Positions 54,301 through 64,000 of a stretch of 64,000 nt of DNA are shown here, in pieces. The first letter of the stretch is position 1; each line of letters opens with the position of its first letter. Source of the DNA: Phoronis australis (lineage: Eukaryota; Animalia; Phoronida); contig NMRA01000016.1 in the NCBI GenBank assembly GCA_002633005.1, forward strand, positions 923,874 to 987,873. Direction: 5' to 3'. The notes under the pieces were generated by a model. It was not told the origin of the DNA. It worked only from the letters and a program-made list of their open reading frames with translations, and did no database searches. The position numbers and the translations under genes were made by a program.

Positions 54301-56756
54301 ATTATGTGCTTTTTACTCTGCGCGTGTAAGCGCAGAGTACTGTTGTTCCTGGGTTTTCTTCAATTTTATTCTTATTCTTATTCTTCTTATTCTTCTTCTT
54401 CTTCCGACCAACTTTGAGGCTTAATAACTCCAAATTGGGTGCAGGTACGGTCTTTAAATTCAGCATATAACTTTCGACAGTATATAAATTTTGATTGGTT
54501 ATATAATCATATTCCATATTGCACCGGAAGAGGTCGTTTGGTTCAAAGGTCATATAATTTACAAACTGCTACTCCTCCTTCAGTTTTAAAGCTATCTTTT
54601 TCAAATTCGGTGCACAGGTATAAGTCAACATGACAATTCAAAAAATTACTATTCTAAGTAATTGGGTCATCCAATCAGGTGAAAAAGGTCAAATGTCATT
54701 AGGTGCAAACTAAAATTTTGAGCTACTTCAAATTGACAGGTCTGATTCCCACAGGTAAATCAAATCGGAATCCAAAGTTGCAGGTCATTTAGTGCAAACA
54801 TGGGGTCATTAGGTGCAGTTTTCTTCTGAAAATTTGACCTTTTCAATCAGCAAGTATTCTGATGTGTCAACCGTTAGAAAACTGTGGTTCTCAGCGTTAA
54901 ACAAATTTTCCACGTGCTTTGCAATAAGTCTCCTAAAGATGCTTAAAATGCACCGGATAAGGTCAATTAGTGCAAACGTCATGTAACCTTCACACTGTTA
55001 TATCTCTTACGTTTTTTAAGGAATTCTTTTCAATTTCAGCACACTGGTGTAAATCAACATGCCAATTGAATACCCTACTTTACTTTGCAATAGGCCTAAC
55101 CAATCAGAAAAAATAGGTCCAAGGTCATTGAGTGCAAACTAAAATTTTGAGCTACAGACTTCAGAATTACGTATATCTTTACAAAGTGCGATTGAGTTTG
55201 AATTCTAAATTTTCAGGTCATTTGGTGCACCCATGGGGTCATTAGGTGCATTTTTCATCTGAAAGTTTGACCACTTCATTCATCTTGTATTCTGAAGTGC
55301 TTAAAGTAAAACATCTGTAATTATTAGCATTAACCACACTTTTAATCGAGTTAACAATTACTCCCTCATCGGGGCTCATAATGCACCGGAAGAGGTCAAT
55401 TAGTGGAAAGGTCATCAAAAAATTAATATGTAATTTCTCCTACAATTTTAAAGAATTCCTTTTCATATTGGTAAACGGGTTGCTGTCAGTAACTTCCCAT
55501 AATAATTCCAGTAATACGCACGCGCAGAGTCCGTTATTGTCACGCCGTGACAATAATCTTTCTAGTTCTTATTCGCCTTCTTATTCTTCTTCGGACCAAA
55601 TTTGAGGCTTAATAACTCCAAACTAGGTGCAGGTACAGTCTTTAAATTTAGCATATGACTTTTGACAGTACATAGGTTTTGATTGGTTATATAATCATAT
55701 TCCATACTGCACCGGAATAGGTCGTTTGATGCAAAGGTCATATAATTTTCAAAATGCTACTCCTCCTTCAGTTTTAAAGCTATCTTTTTCAAATTCGGTG
55801 CACAGGTATAAGTCAACATGACAATTCATAAAATTACTTTTCTAAGTAATCGGGTTATCCAATCAGGTGAAATAGGTCAAAGGTTATTAGGTGCAAAATG
55901 AAATTTTGAGCTAAACACTTCAAATTGACAGGTCTGATTGCCGCAGGGAAATCAAATCGGAATCCAAAGTTTCAGGTCATTTAGTGCAAACATGGGGTCA
56001 TTAGGTGCAGTTTTCTTCTGAAAATTTGACCTTTTCAATCAACAAGTATTCTGATGTGTGAACCGTTAAACAACTGTGATTCTCAGCGTTAAACACATTT
56101 TCCATGGGCTTTGCAATAATTCTCCTGAAGATGCTTAAAATGCACCGGATAAGGTCAATTAATGCAAAGTTCATGTGACGTTCAAAATGTTATATGTCTT
56201 ACGTTTTTCAAGGAATTCTTTTCAATTTCAGCACACTGGTGTAAATCAACATGCCAATTGAATACCCTACTTTACTTTGCAAGAAGCCTAACCAATCGGA
56301 AAAAACAGGTCAAAGGTCATTGAGTGCAAACTAAAATTTTGAGCTAGAGACTTCAGAATCACGTATCTGTTTACTAAGTGCGATTAAGTTTGAATTCTAA
56401 ACTTTCAGGTCATTTGGTGCACCCATGGGGTCATTAGGTGCATTATTCTTCTGAAAGTTTGACCACTTCATTCATCTTGTATTCTGAAGTGCTTAAAGTA
56501 AAACATCTGTGATTATTAGCATTAACCACTCTTTTAATCGAGTTAACAATTACTCCCTCATCGGGGCTCATAATGCACCGGAAGAGGTCAATTAGTGGAA
56601 AGGTTATCAAAAAATTAATACTAATTTCTCCTACAATTTTAAAGAATTCCTTTTCATACTGGTAAACGGGTTGCTGTCAGTAACTTCCCATAATAATTCC
56701 AGTAATACGCACGCGCACAGTCTGTTATTGTCACGCCGTGACAAAAATCTTTCTAG
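54301..56756 (+). mobile_element. Helentron/HINE (DINE-1-like) rolling-circle element, tandem dimer of ~1.19 kb units
   Basis: 5' hairpin ACTCTGCGC-GTGTAA-GCGCAGAGT, (TTC/TTA)n microsatellite, 3' subTIR CACGCGCAGAGT, hairpin TTATTGTCACG-C-CGTGACAATAA and CTAG-T end at 55565 and again at 56756. Confidence 0.8.
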
Positions 56757-56819
56757 TTTTAAATTTGGTATACTAACAGTGTACTGTTAGTACACCCAAT
56801 TTCTTTTCTGCAATACATG

Positions 56820-56820
<1 letters not shown>

Positions 56821-56862
<42 letters not shown>

Positions 56863-56890
56863 ATGCCTGTGTGTGTGTGTGTGTGTGTGT
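56821..56890. repeat. Compound microsatellite (GCGT)n then (GT)n
   Basis: Directly visible. Confidence 0.95.
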
Positions 56891-59800
56891 TGAACTAACG
56901 AACACTGACCAATAACAATTTTAATTCATATTTTCTCTTAAAAGATAATAAAAAGAGAATTAAAAAGTACATGTTTTTAGTCCGAAAGGCCGACTATCAG
57001 CTTTATTCGGACTATTGCCCCATTTAAACTATCGACCTAAACCCGGCTTCAGCAAAATGGTCATGTCCTTTCAGAGTACTAAAATGTTTCCTATTTCCCC
57101 AGCTAGGCCTCCCATTTTACGTATTCACTTCATAATTTGGTCTATTGTTACCACCACTATTACAAATAGGAACAATGACATTTCTTTCAGCTTCGAAGTT
57201 GTTTTAAACCCGTTACTATGACTCCACTTTTTTAAACTGTTGGCTTGCTCTTCTCAAAGACGATCTTTTGCTGTTGCATTGGGAAAATCTGTCAACCTGC
57301 CCGCAAATAAATGCGTGCTTTTGCTTACTTCCACCACAGTGTCTTTCAAAATTTTGCAACTAAGTTGGTAGACAGAACCCGTCACCATCAAAAACTTTGG
57401 TCTCGCTCGATTTGTGTGAAGCAGGGCAAGTACCACGTTAGCGATGACTCGCACGAAATAAATTAAGCACTTGCTGAAATAAGTCACACTACTGTGTATT
57501 AAAACGATGGTTTGTCTATCAAATTGGCTTCCGAAATTGAATTCGCCTTAGAAAAATAGCTATGGTCGTTTGTTCCCGAAGAAATGCGATAAATATTAGC
57601 CAAAATACGATGGCATTCTTTCTGTTGTGCTTACCAAGGGAAATGTGTTTATTGTAATGCCAGAAACACAATTGGGTTATGGCCTGTGAGGGCCAAAAAG
57701 ATAGCAAGAACGCTTCAACAAATAAAAAACTTGTTACCTGATCATGCAAACTCATTTCGTCTGGAGTTAAAACTGTAGGAGGGACATTTTGACTATACCA
57801 AGAAACTACTCATGTTAAAAAACAATGGAAAGCACATGAATTCCAGCTGGAACATTTGATAGAATTTATTTCAAACAATCCGAGAAAGAAAGCGTTAGGT
57901 GTGTGAACCGTTTTCCTCCATGTGACAAAAACCATGCAAACTCATGAAATATGACGTCGCTTTCGTAAAATGTAACAATATATGGTATACTTCCAGCGTG
58001 TGCATTCGACGTAAATTGTAACTATTGTACATGTATATAAAATGTTACACTTGTTACATTTCAGGATAGGCGTAGCCACGTAAAATGTAACAAGGCCGTA
58101 CAATATAATAGTTGTTGTATTTTACTAAATTGTTACATTTTACGGCCTATCAAAGCTCGCATAAAGTTCGGGTACTGAAATTAAGTACGCATCAATAACT
58201 ATTAATGACCCGTTAGAACATCAAAACTGCCGGGGATATGAATTACCAATAACCGAATTTGTACAGAACGCAAGAGTTGGTGTATGTAAAAAGTAACTGA
58301 CGATGACAAGCAGACGGACCGAGTTCACAGTAGGTGAGAATCAAGTTGAAGGATGAACCCCGAATAATGTTTTACCTTCTGATTATTAAGTATGTTCGTT
58401 AACAACCTTACATTTGGATCCACAAACCGTAAGACGCATTGCATGATGTAAATAAAACTTAACTCCAGTAGGGACTGTCCAAAAATGCAGGGTACCGTAT
58501 GTACGTATAAATTATTATTGCAGTTATCCTTGGACAGGAATGCACAATCGACCCCAATCAGCCTGATTATCTCTGCAAACCATCAATCCCAAACAGTTTG
58601 TGCGGGTTTAATAGCAGTGAAGACACCCGACCATCTTGTATATGTAAAGACACCCACCATGAGCTGAACACCACATATTGTATCAGACGTAAGTAGAAGT
58701 GCTTAATGGAGACGAAAGCCATTTTCAGTGTCATTAAACGGACTCAAATTTCGTTTAGTATCAATTCACCGGTCCGTATGACCACTGTGTCTAGTTTCTA
58801 TAGCGGAGTTGCAACGCCGCCATATTGGAAATGGGTCAGAATGTTGCATTGTGGTTAAGCCGGTAAACACGTACATGTACGTCGGCAAGCGTGGGGGCGA
58901 ACCGGCCACAGGGAGGTTATACGTGTTGTGTGCCTGGCATGCTATAATACCAGTTAGCGAGATAAAAAATTTAGTTACTACCTGTTTCCCAAGGATCAAG
59001 AACTGCGTTAATCATGGGTCAGAGACATTAGTAGAGCTGGTAGCAAAGGCCGACTTCGTGAATTCTTTCCGACTTGGTAGCATAAAGTATGCAGCGCTCA
59101 TTTTGAGGGCGGCAAGAAAACGTATCTTGGAAACTGCCCAACAATATTTCCCTTCAAAGAAACAGTAACAAAATACTCTACCGCGGTTGGTAGTGAAAAA
59201 AACTTGTTTTCGCTTGACCAGAACCAAGCCAACATGAGCAATTTTGAGGATAATGCCTCTGCACAATTACCTGTTCTGGGTCAACACACTTAACGTACGC
59301 TCACTATATGTATTACGCGCTAGGATAAAGCGTGCAGAATATTATTATTTACTTTCTACAAAATTGTGGTGCATTGCTATCAAAATTCGTTGTTAAATTA
59401 CGATCATTTTTCATGATAAAATTTTGTTGGAAGTCCCAGGGCGAAATCTGTTGCCGACAAATGCGTAGCTGCCGGTCTCGCAATCGTCGATAGGGCTTGA
59501 ATTCTTGAATAAGAAAACAGCTTCGACTCAACAAATTACCTGAAATCCTCCTCAAGTTTTCCAAGTTCTCTAAGATTCTTGTGGAGTCTGGATTAACTGC
59601 ATTTAAGTCCAAATCTGCGCTAGATTGTAGCCCGCAACACGATAAAAATCTGGAGGAACACACATGTTGTTGTCACATGACGTTTGTTTTGAAGTTTGTA
59701 TGCGTGTGTGTGACAGTAAGCGTGCGTGTGCTTGTCATCAGAGTTCATTTGCCAGAGTAATGGATGATCTAGGGTTGCATTGCATCCAAAGAAATTAAGT

Positions 59801-60821
59801 CAAACAGTCAAGCATGGCGTGTTTTAATGTCTTGCTGGCCTCATCTGCTAAAAAATGTTCGAGAATTGTTTCGGTAAGACCGATACATTGTATGTCACTC
59901 ATTGAGTCGCCGGGTGAACGCGTGACCGTAGTGTAACAGCTATTTTCCGGAAGATTTGGGGTGTAAGGGTGCGAAGTGGGTCATTTTGACCTTAAAAACA
60001 CAAAAAATTGAATTATGATTAGTTAAATAATTTCTCTTAAAAATAATGCAAAAGTTTTTTACGGTATTAGAAACTTTCGGAAATTAGTGCCAATGTTTAT
60101 TTGCCGATGCTTTGTTTCCCGTTTCATGAATAGATAGTTCCCGACTAAATGTCTACGATGACAGCCGGTACATTATGCAGCGCGCGCTTCTTGGTCGCGT
60201 GCTAACACTGGTCGATTTTTTTATTAGTCTTCGATTCACGGTTTTCACGTGTACAAAGAAATTTGGATTCCTGTTGAGGCCGGAGAAGATCTGTACCGGA
60301 AAGAAACAATGCAAGGCCGCTGACAAACTTGTACGCTGCATCTCTTTTCAAAGTCCACACCCGCGTAGCGGGGCACATCCCTCGCAAGAGCATCAAAATT
60401 ATGCGTTCTTTTTGAATCGCGGCGTAAGTTTGAAGTGTATACGGACATAACGGTGAGGCTCGTGGTCTACAAATTCAGGACTGTCGGATCTTTCAATTGA
60501 TAAATTGGAGACGTTAGAACTGTAGGTAAGGGTATTTTTCGCATGTAGTTCATGGGCTGGGCGCTTACTTTAGTAAAGTCTGAAAACGCGTTGGGGCACT
60601 TGTTGGGGCATGGGAGCTTATTAGGGCGAATAGCGGCAGAATTGCATACAGCAGCGTAGCTTAATGCACAAAAATCACACGTCATGCAAACCAATCGGCC
60701 ATTCCATTTACCCTTATCAATCCCAATAGCCTTTGCGCACCCTAATTTCCGGACATGCGCAATCGTTAAATCGATTCGGTTGCAACTCCGCTATTGCACA
60801 CGATGGCTGTTTTCAATCCAG

Positions 60822-60950
60822 GGCCTCGGTACAACGACTCCTGTGACTCCACGCTCCCTTGCCAATACCCTTTCTACTGTACGGCTGATGACTTGTGTGG
60901 CTGCCCAGTTAACATGAAGGTTATGCAACAGAAGATCAGCATTACATGCG
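60822..60950 (+). CDS. Gene B repeat exon 7
   Basis: tttcaatccag / GTGAGT, 129 nt; PRYNDSCDSTLPCQYPFYCTADDLCGCPVNMKVMQQKISITC. Confidence 0.82.
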
Positions 60951-61729
60951 GTGAGTTAACTCTCCATATCCACACAGTGGGCGGGGGGAAATGTATCCGC
61001 CATTACAGGTGGGTGAATGTTACGCACGTAAGTGACATGCGTAAATGACAGTAATTAGTTTCAAAGGGCGTACATTAAGCTTAACTATCTAAATTATACT
61101 TTAAAGCCGCTAATTAATAAAAGCCTGAATTCTCACGGGAAACTACTGCGCAACCTCATCGCATAGATCTCGGTAGATAGGCGTATCTATTCAATTTGTT
61201 TTTCTTTCTTATAATAAAGATAATGGTAAGCATTTATCGGTAGTGGGCTGATGGTCGCTCAAGGTACATGTACATTATCCGTGCCACCTCTATTGCTATA
61301 TCCAACAAAGACACAACTAAGGAAAACAATGGTAGCGTCCCATTGACAATATCCATGCGACGCGCTTACCCTGTCGCATGAATTTGCAAGTTAAACAATA
61401 GCTTGCAAAATCCATACGACATCATTTGTCATGGGTTAATTATTAACGATAGAAATTAAATATGTTCGTGAAAAACTCTCTTTGAAGGTGGGAGATTAAT
61501 TACATCTCCCGCGAATTAAATTTCAACTACGAAAATTCACCCTGAAAAGTGTAAATAAATTATTTGCGGCGTAAAATGAAAGTTTGCGTGCGTAATTTAC
61601 CTGTCTTGTGTAACATGATCGATGAAACCAAAAGCTTATGTTGTTATAACTACAGTACATCGCTGCCTACAGCGCCTATTTAAGAGTTACAGTGAGCGTG
61701 TTTTTGCTGAATGACTCCTGCGGTTAGAC

Positions 61730-62478
61730 GAAGTGTATAGTCACACAGTTTTTGGAGCCCGTCTGATTTTTATTCATGTAATTTACTTCCGGGGGACGTC
61801 ATTGATGAAATCTTTCAGTTTCATGTTTTAGCCGTACCGTGCAACCATTATGTTAAGGAAATGTCAGTCATTGTTTGAATCAACTGTCTCTTTATGTAAC
61901 CTTAAGAGATGTCTGTCAGACAGGGTCCCGTATAGGCGGCCCATAGCAACTGCCCTTTGTTTTCTTGTAAATCGGATACTGTCAACTATTCATGAAGGGA
62001 AGCAGACAAAATTCAAAATTGGTTGAAAAAGCGTGAAGCACAGTAACATCAAGACAAGCGTCCCTGGCAACAGGAAATAAAATATTGTATTAAAACAAGA
62101 ACATTAACGGCTATCGAAAGGATGAAAGTTGGAACGACTTGAAAACAACTTTTAGTCACATACACACTATAAACATGTGGATATTTTCCCGGAATATTCC
62201 ACGAATAATATTTTCTGTTGAAGATCTTTATAGCAAAACGCTGTTGAAGAGAAATTTTGTTCCTAGTCAACCGTTCACATGTCGATCAGCTTGTCGGAGA
62301 CTTGTGATTTTTGACGACCGCATAAAGTGAATCTGGCTAGTGGATTAAGCAATTATTATTTACAGCAGCCAAATATTTTTGTAATTTTGCAGTTTGTGTT
62401 CAACTCCTACACCGTAACAGGCTGCCACTGTAATAATTCAGAGTTCCAGTTAGATTGTATAAATTCTGAAACATTTTT
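61730..62478. repeat. Diverged direct repeat, copy 2 (matches 1-797)
   Basis: Same blocks in the same order and orientation as 1-797. Confidence 0.8.
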
Positions 62479-64000
62479 GTGAGGACAAAAGCCCTCAACG
62501 CCTTGACCCACCTTCGGGAATTGCTTATTAATTTCGTATCGTACAGTGGCAGCATTCATACAGTTTACTAAAAACGCAGTGTGTAAAACCTAAAGGCCTA
62601 TGGTCCGAGTTATAAAAGAAATAACCTCTTTACGCCGTTTTAGTCGTTTTTTGGTGTGACATGATGTTCAAAAAGTTATTTACTTCCAACACGTGCAAAA
62701 AATTTTGAAACAAATCGTTGTAAATACTACAAACGAGTGAAATGTTTACAAAGAATAAAAAATGTATGTTGAAATAGAAGCAAATAGTACAACAACGCAA
62801 GAGCAGCTACAGATGTAGAGGTCAATAGAAATACAAATGGCGGAGACTAGAAGGTCTATGTAGTGTACGTCCGAAGCCAAAACGCAGTCGTTCTACTCGA
62901 CGAGATTCAAAAAGGACGTGTTAGCCAATATAAAAAGCGGCATTACCAACAAACCGTGTACCTGTAAGCGACTCGTTTGACAGGTAGGAAACAATGAGGA
63001 CAAGACTGCATGTTCGAACTCATGAAGATTTTACAACTACAAAAGTACAAGGCTTTCGATGGACAAGTATAAGCTGAAGTAAGTGTGCTGTTTGTGAAAT
63101 GTTCGGTGACTCGTATACATGGTTAGAGCATTCACTGAAGGGTAACTGATCTCAGTCAGCATACATCGGGCCTGAATCATTTTAAAGAGCCTCAATTCGA
63201 TCCTGCGATTTGTTGCGCTTACTAATACTACGTACTAATTCACGCTGACCCAAATTAGTTACACCATGTTAGTGTTAACTGCTAATTAGGCCCTTCCATT
63301 CTATTGTCGACACGTCGATGTTTTGGGGAGGTGCAGTCAGTATGAACGGTTAACTTCGGTCCTGAATCGAAATTAACTGTGTCAATGATGCATCTGCACT
63401 ACGTTGCGATTACTTCGATGACAACATAGTCAGCTACTTTTTACTTAGACATCCGTTAACTACCGAAACCGGCCGGTATAAACGGTTCAATTGACTTCGC
63501 AGTACATGTCGACGCTGTGGTCATGCAGACCGGAGTTAAGTCAGCATGAAAGGGCTTTTAGATCGATTTCCAGTAGCAAAACAGTGTAGAAGTTGGTGTA
63601 AAGAACTGTCGTGGCAGAGGGGAGAGACGTCTGTAGGATGTGTTAGGGACTTCACCTGGCCATGCCAATAGTTTATTAGAAAGCTCACATCCTGTTGGTC
63701 GTACTGAGCACAGTGGGGAGGAAGTCTTGGTCAATTTGCCTATACTTGAGAATGTCTAATTAGTTTTGCTTTGTTTTTTTAGTTATGAAAATACTGACCA
63801 CCTACACAAGCCCATATAACATTAAGTTGGTCTCTCTTATTTCATTATAAGTTTTAAAAGAAAGAATAGGTGATCCAAACTTATTCAGTTATCGATGGCC
63901 ACTTTTCTCTGTATTTCCATCTTAGACTGTGCAGGTTAGGAGAAAATGGTTACTTGCAGTCCGCATGGTCCAAGCACATTACTTGAACCCACTACCTCAA

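Larger units (their letters stand above)
52084..58147. mobile_element. Long-TIR element with TGTTACATTTTACG subrepeats, carrying nested insertions
   Basis: TA|CGCCGTAAACTGTAACAATTT... (52084-52260) mirrors ...AAATTGTTACATTTTACGGCC|TA (57955-58147), including the aatgcaca/tgtgcatt block. Confidence 0.7.

Noticed and set aside
54400-56756. Recurring short motifs that might suggest a CRISPR-like array
   Set aside because: The sequences between the motifs are themselves homologous, the context is eukaryotic and there are no cas genes; explained as Helentron subrepeats.
58809-60450. Cys-containing ORFs (58809-59168, 60175-60450) as extra gene B exons
   Set aside because: No repeat scaffold and no suitable splice sites.
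1746-60950. Assigning a gene symbol (MEGF10/Draper, tenascin, Notch ligand)
   Set aside because: Repeat spacing and architecture do not match these (no EMI, DSL or FN3 domain seen); no ortholog can be recognised from sequence alone.

Overview
AT-rich, intron-rich animal (invertebrate-like) genomic DNA with one assembly gap (22288-22753). No long ORF in the track is a real gene. Reading splice sites by eye recovers two tandem + strand genes built from ~120-160 nt symmetric phase-1/phase-1 exons, each encoding one 6-cysteine EGF-like/EB-module-like repeat. Gene A (5' end outside the window; exons 1746-27382) has 14 such repeats, including a triplicated A-B exon pair, then a canonical EGF exon, a transmembrane exon and a cytoplasmic tail with YDN, NxxY, YxxM and C-terminal YQV motifs. 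Gene B (signal-peptide exon 39012-39081, then at least 7 repeat exons to 60950, continuing past the window) is the 5' half of a related gene. Introns and the intergenic region hold many transposon relics: TTAA-flanked Kolobok-type elements with THAP remnants, RTEX/Proto2-like and Tx1/L1-like LINE 3' ends, a tandem Helentron/HINE-like element and hAT-like MITEs, often nested. All exon calls and translations are manual and not confirmed by transcripts.
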